From: Candidatus Colwellbacteria bacterium GWA2_46_10
Lineage (GTDB): Bacteria; Patescibacteriota; Minisyncoccia; UBA6257; Colwellbacteraceae
Direction: 5' to 3'
Assembly: GCA_001817635.1 (NCBI GenBank)
Contig: MHIS01000015.1
Location: forward strand, 1 to 31,911
DNA: 31,911 bases
Part shown: positions 24,847 to 31,911 of the stretch, piece by piece
Layout of the letters: each line of letters opens with the position of its first letter
Position numbering within the stretch: position 1 is the stretch's first letter
The notes under the pieces: model-generated
The model's database searches: none
Told to the model about the DNA's origin: nothing
The model's input: only the letters and a program-made list of their open reading frames with translations
Translations under genes and position numbers: made by a program

Positions 24847-25440
24847 ATGAGGAATATCCTACTAGTCGACGGCGAGAATTTTAAGAAAAAGATAGAGTCT
24901 GTTTTTGAGGAAGAGGGGGAGGGAGAACCAGATTGGTCATCCTATAATTTTAGAGGATTGATCGACCACGTTCTTAGCGGTATTAATTTGGGTGATAGAG
25001 TCTTTTACATAGCCAGGATAAAGGAACATGAAGAGACTAAAGAAAAATCCCGAGAGCTGATTGAAAAACAGAGAGGGCTAAAAGCCAATTTAATTAATAG
25101 CGGCTTTACTGTAGTGTCTGCGGGCAACGTCAAGGGGTGGCCCTATGGGAAGAAAGGCAGATTGATTTTCAAGGAGAAGGGCGTAGATGTTCGAATAGCA
25201 GTGGATATGATAGTGAGAGCCTGTATAGATGGAGACATAGACACTATTATTTTGGGCAGCTCCGATTCCGACTTACAGCCAGCCGTATCGGAGTTAAATA
25301 AAAGAAGCGTTAGGTCTATATACCTTGGTTTCGAGAGTAACCCGAATAAGGGATTAACTTACACAATGGGCAAGACAATCCTAATTAGGAATAGAGAAGT
25401 CATTGAATTTAAGAGCCAAAACCCCCATAAGTTGTTGTGA
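24847..25440 (+). CDS. NYN domain (LabA/DUF88) putative RNase
   Basis: LVDGEN, EKGVDVRIAVD and GSSDSDLQPAV motifs. Confidence 0.93.
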   Translation: MRNILLVDGENFKKKIESVFEEEGEGEPDWSSYNFRGLIDHVLSGINLGDRVFYIARIKEHEETKEKSRELIEKQRGLKANLINSGFTVVSAGNVKGWPYGKKGRLIFKEKGVDVRIAVDMIVRACIDGDIDTIILGSSDSDLQPAVSELNKRSVRSIYLGFESNPNKGLTYTMGKTILIRNREVIEFKSQNPHKLL

Positions 25441-25455
25441 GACAACAAAACCCCA
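25439..25455 (+). repeat. 17-bp direct repeat, copy 2, part of a minus-strand terminator-like hairpin after gpmI
   Basis: GAGACAACAAAACCCCA; the minus strand reads GCCCC-ATAATCT-GGGGT-TTTGTT. Confidence 0.9.
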
Positions 25456-25508
25456 GATTATGGGGCGGTAGTACTACAATCGAGAAAGACTACCTAAAGA
25501 TCACCGCA

Positions 25509-27083
25509 TTACCTCAGAAGCTGAAGGAGGCTGATTCCCGTCATATCTTCTGGTTTGGGAATCCCCATAAGCTCCAGGATGGTTGGGGCAATATCTGAAA
25601 GTACACCCACGTTGAGCTTCTCTATTTCCACAGCCTGAGCTTCACTCTTTTGCCTCTCGTATCCTGGGGCGACTATGTATATAGGAACGGGGCTTATATT
25701 ATCCCCCAAATCCCTAGATCCGGTTCTCAAGTTCATCATCACTTCGGCATTCCCGTGGGTTGAGGTGATAACTAAGGTTGATCCGGAGGCGAGGACGGCC
25801 TTAGCTATCAACCCTACCTGTTCATCTGCAGCCCTAACCGCTTTAATGGTTGCGTCAAAATTCCCTGTGTGGGCTACTATGTCAGCGTTTGCGAAATCTG
25901 CCAGGATAAAATCATATATCCCCTCATTCAAAGCAGAGAGTATCCTCTCTGTTGCCTCCTTCACTCTCATTTCTGGATGTTCATCTACCTTTGCTTCCTC
26001 TCTTGATGGAATAACTACCCTGTATTCATTGGCGAAGGCTTTGTTGGTCATCCCATTAAAGAGGGTTGTTACATACGCATACTTTTGGGTTTCCGCCACC
26101 CGTAACTGTACCTTGCCTGCGTCAGCGAGAACTTTACCCAAGGGGTTAACTATCCCCTCCTGTGGGAAAGCCGCCGGGATGCCTAGGGTTTTTTCGTATT
26201 CAATCAACGAAAGAAGACTTAAGTCCTCTGGAATAGCGTGTTTTTTAACCTCTCTTTCTCCTAATTCATAGTGGGGCGTGCCTCCGTACGCGGGATCAAC
26301 AAACATCCTGGCCAACTGCCTTTGAGAGTCCTCGCTAAAGTTGAAAAAGATCACCCCGTCTCCCCCCTTAACCGCCAGATCCTTATCAAAAAGGGTTGGG
26401 ACTATAAATTCATCCGTTACACCGGAGGTATAAAGTTCTTTCACAAATTCACTTCTATCTTCTACCCCGTTAACTGGGGCCTTTATGCCTGCGATGGCCT
26501 CGTACGCCCTCAACGTCTTATCCAAATGAAGATCTATATCCATCGCATAGTGCCTTCCAGAAATCGATCCGATCCTCTCTTGAGGCAAATGGGCCATTAG
26601 CCTAGATGCGCTCCCCTGCGCGCTGTCTCTTCCGTCCCCAAAAAGATGCAAAGCAAAGGGCGTTCCCTCATCTCCCGCCATTTTCATCAAGGCCTCCAAA
26701 TGCTCCAGGGCGGAAACGCTCGTCCCCTCACCGATCAATCCCAGGAAGTTTACCTTTCCTCCTTTTTCTTTGGCGCCCCTTATCACCCGGAGAAGCTCTT
26801 CATTTTCAAAAAAACTTCCGTCCTGTATGGTTAGGCTGATGCGGAGGTAATCCTGGTAGAGAACTTTCCCGGCGCCCATAGTTAAATACCCAACCTCAGG
26901 GTTGCCCTCTTCATTCCAAGGGAGTCCGACCGCAATGCCTGAGGCTTGGAGGGTCCCTGCGGGGTATGTAAGCCGAATCTGATTGATGTTTTTGGGCTCC
27001 GCCTGGTATATGGGGTTAGAGGCATCCTTCCTGCCTACCCCCCAACCACTCAAGATCAAAAGCACTACCGTGCGTTTTGCCAT
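25509..27083 (-). CDS. gpmI: 2,3-bisphosphoglycerate-independent phosphoglycerate mutase homolog with a degenerate active site
   Basis: Full-length iPGM architecture (DGRD, AETQKYAYVT, ANADIVAH, HGNAE, D(I)APTIL), but with LSGWG for LDGWG, GNPEVGY for GNSEVGH and STHGN for ADHGN. Confidence 0.88.
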   Translation of the reverse strand: MAKRTVVLLILSGWGVGRKDASNPIYQAEPKNINQIRLTYPAGTLQASGIAVGLPWNEEGNPEVGYLTMGAGKVLYQDYLRISLTIQDGSFFENEELLRVIRGAKEKGGKVNFLGLIGEGTSVSALEHLEALMKMAGDEGTPFALHLFGDGRDSAQGSASRLMAHLPQERIGSISGRHYAMDIDLHLDKTLRAYEAIAGIKAPVNGVEDRSEFVKELYTSGVTDEFIVPTLFDKDLAVKGGDGVIFFNFSEDSQRQLARMFVDPAYGGTPHYELGEREVKKHAIPEDLSLLSLIEYEKTLGIPAAFPQEGIVNPLGKVLADAGKVQLRVAETQKYAYVTTLFNGMTNKAFANEYRVVIPSREEAKVDEHPEMRVKEATERILSALNEGIYDFILADFANADIVAHTGNFDATIKAVRAADEQVGLIAKAVLASGSTLVITSTHGNAEVMMNLRTGSRDLGDNISPVPIYIVAPGYERQKSEAQAVEIEKLNVGVLSDIAPTILELMGIPKPEDMTGISLLQLLR

Positions 27084-27162
27084 TTGCTTTCAGTTTATCA
27101 CAGCGGAGCCAACTCCATACCGACTCCCCTATAATCTGTTATACTTTTACTAGAAAAACGCT

Positions 27163-27633
27163 ATGAAACTCATCAAAGACTCCGTTAAAGTAGGCGAACT
27201 TTCCAAGATGGCCGGGGAAAACGCTTCTGGCCTAGTGAAGGCAGTAATTGATACAGAACAGGAGATAATGGCTATTGGAGGAGAGATACACTCTGACAAA
27301 AAGGTGAGGCTACATCCCCAAATGGCGGCGGGAAGGTGGTTTCAATATTCTCTAGACGAGCAGATGGGCAATATCGGTAGTGAAGTTTCCCGTGCCGCCA
27401 ACTGGCAAAACAAAGATGGGGTGATCTTCTGGGGAGCCGTTGAGAGGGGCTTAGAACTTTTTGACCTCACTTTGGCTGATCCTCGTTGGGCACAACATCG
27501 AAAACGTGAGATTAACCGAGCAAAGGAGGTATTTGTGGACGCTATCTACGGCGGGAGTCAATACAAAAGCTCTCTGAAAGGATTGATGCCCTATTTTGAT
27601 TACTTCGCCCTCAAGGCTCGCTCTCAAGGTTAA
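27163..27633 (+). CDS. Apparent in-frame chimera: DUF5674-like N-terminal 45 aa fused to a small helical protein (AAGRW...EQ..NIGSEV.R family)
   Basis: LVKAVID.EQEIMAIGGEIHSD matches, from memory, the first half of DUF5674 proteins, and the remainder matches a separate small protein I recall as usually encoded next door. An HMM search is needed to confirm. Confidence 0.6.
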   Translation: MKLIKDSVKVGELSKMAGENASGLVKAVIDTEQEIMAIGGEIHSDKKVRLHPQMAAGRWFQYSLDEQMGNIGSEVSRAANWQNKDGVIFWGAVERGLELFDLTLADPRWAQHRKREINRAKEVFVDAIYGGSQYKSSLKGLMPYFDYFALKARSQG

Positions 27634-27635
27634 CC

Positions 27636-27992
27636 ATGGGTATTATCCGCGGATTCTCTTTAATGTTTTTGGCAAACGGCATAGCGCTCTACCTTGCGGG
27701 CGTTATCCTTCCCGAGATCTCCATTCCTCAGACTATTGAAAGTTTTGCGGTAACTGCCGCCGCCTTGACGCTCATTAATCTCCTTATAAAACCCTTGGTG
27801 CGATTAGCCTTAGGACCCATTCTCCTTTTGACCTTGGGATTGGGATCAGTACTTGTAAATGCGGTCACGCTCCTCCTTCTTGACGTTCTTTTGCCAACTA
27901 TTACAATCGACGGGCTAGGCAATCTCCTCGCCGCAGCCTTAATTGTCGGGGTGTCTAATCTTGTGCTAAGCTTGACTGCGAGGTTTATATAG
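27636..27992 (+). CDS. 4-TM phage-holin-family (YvlD-like) membrane protein
   Basis: LIN.LIKP...L..P..LLTLGL...VNA pattern; four hydrophobic segments. Confidence 0.85.
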   Translation: MGIIRGFSLMFLANGIALYLAGVILPEISIPQTIESFAVTAAALTLINLLIKPLVRLALGPILLLTLGLGSVLVNAVTLLLLDVLLPTITIDGLGNLLAAALIVGVSNLVLSLTARFI

Positions 27993-27997
27993 AAAAT

Positions 27998-28219
27998 ATG
28001 TCATTAATTACAGTTTCCGAGATCGTAGTCTCCGTGGTGCTCATAGTCATGATACTGCTCCAGCAGCGCTCCGCTGATAGTGGTGGTCTTTTTGGAGGAG
28101 GCGGTGGAGACGGCAGCTTTTACCAGCGCCGCCGGGGCTTGGAGCGCATCCTTTTCATGGCTACCATCGTCACGGGTGCCCTTTTTGTGACCTTGGCCAT
28201 TTTGAACTTCATTCTCTAG
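27998..28219 (+). CDS. secG: Preprotein translocase subunit SecG
   Basis: Two TM helices with ILLQQRS...GGLFGG and RRGLERILF..T between them. Confidence 0.92.
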   Translation: MSLITVSEIVVSVVLIVMILLQQRSADSGGLFGGGGGDGSFYQRRRGLERILFMATIVTGALFVTLAILNFIL

Positions 28220-28230
28220 AGAAAATATAG

Positions 28231-29841
28231 ATGAAGACGCCTTCCAGGAATTTTTTCTTGAAAGTACTGCACTCTTTAACCAAAAGGGAGCGTTTGGTTT
28301 TATATAGCGCTGTCGCGATCTTCTCCATCTCTGCCCTAACCTACGGCGGACTGCTCTACAAAACCAAAACCTATGCCGTCCCCACGCAGGGCGGTACATA
28401 TAGAGAGGGTGTTGTGGGCCAACCTTCATTCGTAAATCCCATTATCCCCACTACCGAGACCGACAGGGCTGTTTCGAGGTTGATCTTCTCGAGTCTTGAA
28501 GATATGGCCGAGAGCATCAAACAATCTGATGACGGCAAAACCTGGAACGTCCGTCTTTACGACAACATTTTCTGGCACGACGGTGAGAAGCTTACCGCCG
28601 ATGATATCGTTTTCACTGTGGACGTGATCCACGACCCCAACAGTCATTCTTACTTGCGCGGTAGCTTTGATGGCGTGAATGTATCCAGAGTAAGCGAGTT
28701 GGAAATCCAGTTCTCCCTACAAAACGCTTACGCCTTCTTCAAGGAAGATCACCTGCGTTCCTTAAGACCCATTCCCAAACATCTTTTTGTGGATTTACCC
28801 GTAACCAATTACCAGTTAACCCCCTATGGGTTAAGCCCTGTGGGGTCGGGTCCGTACAAGGTAGCTTCCTATGAAAAAGACGTCGGGGGATTCATTAAGA
28901 GCTTTAAACTCAAGGCAAATGAAGAGTATTTCACCCACCCCCCGTATATCACAAACTTCGTATTCAAATTCTTCCGCAAAGATTCCGAACTTATCAGCTC
29001 CTACAACCTCGGACAAATTGACGGTTTTGGACTCTCCACCGCCGAACCGCTCGAAGAGCGCCCCATTATCATCCGCCACAGCGCGCATTATTTAAGTTCC
29101 TCTCGCTACTACGCCATCTTTATCAACCAAAGCCTTGCTCCTGAAAAACTCAAGGAGTTGAGCGTCCGCAGGGCACTCTCTGGAGCCGTCGGGAGGAATG
29201 ATTTGGTAGATAAGGTCTTTGCCGGCCACGCCATTCCATTCTTTGGCCCCACCAATATCGCCGGCAACTCTTTCACCAGCTACGACCCAGAAGTCATCAA
29301 GGGTTTGGAGTTGAGCCTCGTGGTCCCGGATGAACCATTCCTCGTGAAGACGGCTGATGAGATCAAGGTAGACTGGGAAGCATTGGGCGCAAAAGTTAAT
29401 CTGGTTGTCCGCTCTCTTAGGGATATCCGAGAGGATGTGCTGCGCAACACTAACTATGAAATGATCCTTTTCGGGAACATCGTAAAAGAAGGCAACGATC
29501 TTTTCGCTTTCTGGCATTCATCCAAGAGGTTCTTTCCGGATCAGAACCTCGCCCTCTACCAAGACGGTGGCACAGACTCTCTGCTTGAAGAATATAGGCG
29601 CACCTTTGATGCAACCACCCGCGCCCACTTGCTAGAGCAAATTAGCAGCCGCATCAGCGCGGAAGTTCCAGCAGTTTTCCTCTACTCTCCAGATTACGTC
29701 TTCATCACCACCCCTAACCTTCAAGGCGTGGACGATACCCACATCATCAACACCAGCGATGACCGCTTTGCGGATGTAACCGAATGGTTCGTGAAATCAA
29801 AGCGCACATTTAGGAAACCTATCGGAGTATGGGGTACATAA
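28231..29841 (+). CDS. Family 5 (OppA/DppA-like) ABC substrate-binding protein with an N-terminal membrane anchor
   Basis: GGTYREGVVGQP..VNP, S.DGKTW..RL....WHDGEKLTADDIVFT and PVGSGPY motifs. Confidence 0.9.
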   Translation: MKTPSRNFFLKVLHSLTKRERLVLYSAVAIFSISALTYGGLLYKTKTYAVPTQGGTYREGVVGQPSFVNPIIPTTETDRAVSRLIFSSLEDMAESIKQSDDGKTWNVRLYDNIFWHDGEKLTADDIVFTVDVIHDPNSHSYLRGSFDGVNVSRVSELEIQFSLQNAYAFFKEDHLRSLRPIPKHLFVDLPVTNYQLTPYGLSPVGSGPYKVASYEKDVGGFIKSFKLKANEEYFTHPPYITNFVFKFFRKDSELISSYNLGQIDGFGLSTAEPLEERPIIIRHSAHYLSSSRYYAIFINQSLAPEKLKELSVRRALSGAVGRNDLVDKVFAGHAIPFFGPTNIAGNSFTSYDPEVIKGLELSLVVPDEPFLVKTADEIKVDWEALGAKVNLVVRSLRDIREDVLRNTNYEMILFGNIVKEGNDLFAFWHSSKRFFPDQNLALYQDGGTDSLLEEYRRTFDATTRAHLLEQISSRISAEVPAVFLYSPDYVFITTPNLQGVDDTHIINTSDDRFADVTEWFVKSKRTFRKPIGVWGT

Positions 29842-29857
29842 GTTCAGATACATATGA

Positions 29858-29881
29858 GACTTTTCGGGAATCCGAAAAGTC
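29858..29881. repeat. Perfect 10-bp hairpin after the oppA-like gene (possible terminator; no U-tract)
   Basis: GACTTTTCGG-gaat-CCGAAAAGTC. Confidence 0.7.
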
Positions 29882-29917
29882 ATGCAAATACATAGCAAGC
29901 TCACCAATACCAGAGGG

Positions 29918-29946
29918 TTGCGTTATTTCAAGTTAGTGTGTATACT
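29918..29946 (+). promoter_or_regulatory. Sigma70-type promoter for tRNA-Leu/rnj
   Basis: TTGCGT-17 nt-TATACT with TG before the -10 box. Confidence 0.65.
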
Positions 29947-30026
29947 GCCGGAGAATTAATCCCTTATACAAATTCAGGTGAATCCAGGAAGGACTTTTAT
30001 TTACATTGTGTAGTGCCCACCCCCAT

Positions 30027-30110
30027 GGGGATGTGGCGAAATTGGTATACGCGCAGCGTTCAGGGCGCTATGGGCACTAGCCCGTGGGAGTTCGACTCTC
30101 CCCATCCCCA
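30027..30110 (+). tRNA. tRNA-Leu(CAG), long variable arm, CCA not encoded
   Basis: Acceptor stem GGGGATG/CATCCCC, discriminator A30110, D-loop TTGG, anticodon loop TTCAGGG, variable stem TGGGC-ACTA-GCCCG, T arm GGGAG-TTCGACT-CTCCC. Confidence 0.96.
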
Positions 30111-30120
30111 CATTTGAAAA

Positions 30121-31893
30121 ATGCCGACGACAACTAAAAGACCGATTAGAAGAATTCCTCCAAGAAGGGCTTCTTCGTTTCGCCCCGCATCTCACAAGGC
30201 CATTCCCAAAAGAACCGTATCTAAAGAAGAGGCGGGGGCTTTGCGTTTTGTCCCCCTAGGAGGACTTGAGGAAATCGGGCGCAATATGTCATACCTCGAA
30301 TATGGCGACGAAATCGTCATTGTGGATATGGGATTCCAGTTTCCCGAGGAAGATACCCCGGGCATCGACTACATCATTCCCAATGTCACATCTCTCATGC
30401 CTAAAAAGGAGAATATCAAAGCCGTGGTCATCACCCACGGCCACATGGACCACATTGGAGCGATACCGTATCTCCTCGGGAAGTTAGGCAACCCTCCCAT
30501 ATATACCCTAAGGCTCACCAAAGCCCTTATTGAAAAACGCCAGCAGGAGTTTCCTAATGAGCCCAAACCAAACATCATTGAGGTAAAATACGGAGACAAG
30601 AAAAAGGTTGGGCAATACTTCGATTTTACCTTCTTTGGCGTAGAGCACACTATCCCCGATTCTATGGGCGTAGTTGTAGGCACCCCCATTGGCAATATTG
30701 TGAACTTCGGCGACTTCAGGCTGGATAGGGATGAGAACGGCAATATATACCGCATGGATGAGATTGAAAAAGTCGCGAAGATGGGAGTGCATACCTATCT
30801 GATGGACTCAACCGATGCCATCAAGGAGGGTATTGGTATCTCTGAAAAAACAGTTGAGAAGAACATTGAGGAAATCATCAGGAAGGCCAAGAAAAGAATT
30901 ATTCTCACTACCTTCTCTTCCATGATCACGCGTATCGCCGAGATCGTAAAAATCGCCGAGAAGATGGGCAAGAAAGTGGCGATTAACGGACGATCCATGA
31001 AAGAGAATATGGAAATCGCCAAGAACCTGGGTCTGCTCAAATACAAAGAGGGTACGATGATCTCTCCGCAGGAGGTAAATAGCCACAAGGATGAAAATGT
31101 CCTAATTATCACAACCGGCGCCCAGGGAGAACCAAACTCTGGATTTATGCGCATCGTGGACGGGAGCCACAAGCACATTCAGCTCAAGAAAACTGATACG
31201 GTTATCTTCTCCTCCTCCGTTGTCCCAGGAAATGAAAGAAGCGTGCAGTCCCTAACTGACAATATCGCTCGCCAGGTGGACGTGGTCCAAAACTACAAAC
31301 TTCTCGACATCCACGCCGGAGGACATGCTCCCCAAGAAGACCTGAAGCTGGTCATTAAAACTATGAAGCCGAAATACTTGGTTCCCATTCATGCCTACTA
31401 TCACTTCCGTACTGTAGCCCGCCAGCTGGCAGAAGATGTGGGAATGAAAAGAGATAACGTCAAGCTTATAGACAACGGCGATGTCTGTCTTCTGACCAAA
31501 GACGGCTTCGAGGTGAGTAAGGAAAAAGTTGATACGGGCTACGTCATGGTTGATGGGTTGGGTGTGGGAGATGTTGAAGAGGTGGTTCTGCGCGACAGAA
31601 GAATGCTTGCCGATGATGGTATGGTGGTTTTGATCGTCACCATAGATCGCAGGAGTGGCCGCGTTATGAAAAACCCCGACATTATCTCCCGTGGCTTCAT
31701 ATATTTGCGCGAACACCAGGAGCTTCTCAAAGAGATACGTCACAGGATCAGGGGCATTGTGGGAAGAATCCCCCGCAGCAAAAACGTGGATGCAGATTAC
31801 CTAAAATCCCTCTTCAGAGACCAGATCGGACAGTTCATATATCACAAGACTCAGCGCCGCCCCATGATCTTGCCGGTTGTGATCGAGATCTAA
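30121..31893 (+). CDS. rnj: Ribonuclease J (metallo-beta-lactamase/beta-CASP)
   Basis: PLGGLEEIGRNM, THGHMDHIG, TGAQGEP, HAGGH and RRPMILPV motifs; basic N-terminal extension. Confidence 0.97.
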   Translation: MPTTTKRPIRRIPPRRASSFRPASHKAIPKRTVSKEEAGALRFVPLGGLEEIGRNMSYLEYGDEIVIVDMGFQFPEEDTPGIDYIIPNVTSLMPKKENIKAVVITHGHMDHIGAIPYLLGKLGNPPIYTLRLTKALIEKRQQEFPNEPKPNIIEVKYGDKKKVGQYFDFTFFGVEHTIPDSMGVVVGTPIGNIVNFGDFRLDRDENGNIYRMDEIEKVAKMGVHTYLMDSTDAIKEGIGISEKTVEKNIEEIIRKAKKRIILTTFSSMITRIAEIVKIAEKMGKKVAINGRSMKENMEIAKNLGLLKYKEGTMISPQEVNSHKDENVLIITTGAQGEPNSGFMRIVDGSHKHIQLKKTDTVIFSSSVVPGNERSVQSLTDNIARQVDVVQNYKLLDIHAGGHAPQEDLKLVIKTMKPKYLVPIHAYYHFRTVARQLAEDVGMKRDNVKLIDNGDVCLLTKDGFEVSKEKVDTGYVMVDGLGVGDVEEVVLRDRRMLADDGMVVLIVTIDRRSGRVMKNPDIISRGFIYLREHQELLKEIRHRIRGIVGRIPRSKNVDADYLKSLFRDQIGQFIYHKTQRRPMILPVVIEI

Positions 31894-31911
31894 AAATTTC
31901 TATACGTACCC

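Noticed and set aside
27636-27992. Holin-family gene as evidence of a prophage
   Set aside because: This 4-TM family is commonly chromosomal; its neighbours are secG and housekeeping genes, with no endolysin or structural phage genes.
29947-30026. tRNA leader as SRP RNA or a riboswitch (TCAGG...GGAAGG resemblance)
   Set aside because: It lacks the SRP helix-8 pairing and the downstream AGCAG motif, and no convincing stem could be built by eye.
30027-30110. tRNA-Leu as a prophage/island integration site
   Set aside because: No integrase and no duplicated tRNA 3' end were found in the window; rnj follows directly.
1053-31743. The many antisense or alternate-frame ORFs nested within long genes (e.g. 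5539..5958, 10481..10975, 18359..18886, 23868..24368, 25675..26271, 31252..31743)
   Set aside because: Each is fully explained as a shadow of a well-supported gene and lacks independent motifs; the poly-Pro in 5539..5958 is just the reverse of poly-Gly.

Overview
This is a 31.9-kb bacterial chromosomal segment. Its gene content (secG next to a lone OppA-like protein, tRNA-Leu next to rnj, peptidoglycan-binding secreted proteins, several NYN proteins, few Shine-Dalgarno sites) suggests Patescibacteria/Parcubacteria (CPR); that placement is an inference. From left to right it holds: (1) a redox cluster with a partial thioredoxin-reductase-like gene missed by the ORF track, a small Cys4 protein and a glutaredoxin; (2) a flippase and truB; (3) an accessory patch with an NYN RNase and a truncated AbiEi-like remnant; (4) a roughly 19-kb cell-surface locus with secreted PG-binding, fibre-like and S-layer-like proteins, a priming glycosyltransferase, two GT4s, a PIG-L deacetylase, a second flippase, two methyltransferases and an O-antigen-ligase/TPR protein; (5) a DeoR-like wHTH gene; (6) a second NYN cassette; (7) a gpmI homolog; (8) a chimeric small gene, a holin-like gene, secG, an oppA-like gene, tRNA-Leu(CAG) and RNase J. 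The strongest leads are four. First, a divergent RtcB-family ligase with an amphipathic insert overlaps an APH-kinase/GNAT/HPr-kinase-like gene chain inside the glycan locus, which could mean a new glycan phosphodiester or capping chemistry. Second, the wHTH gene carries an exact 27-bp-period array of TTGCCG sites, plus palindromic pairs including one on its probable start codon. Third, both NYN RNase genes lie next to tiny promoter-hairpin-U-tract units, resembling RNA-antitoxin architecture. Fourth, the gpmI is full length but has lost its catalytic Ser and several metal ligands. No CRISPR array, integrase or transposase was seen. All family assignments come from reading motifs by eye, not from database searches.
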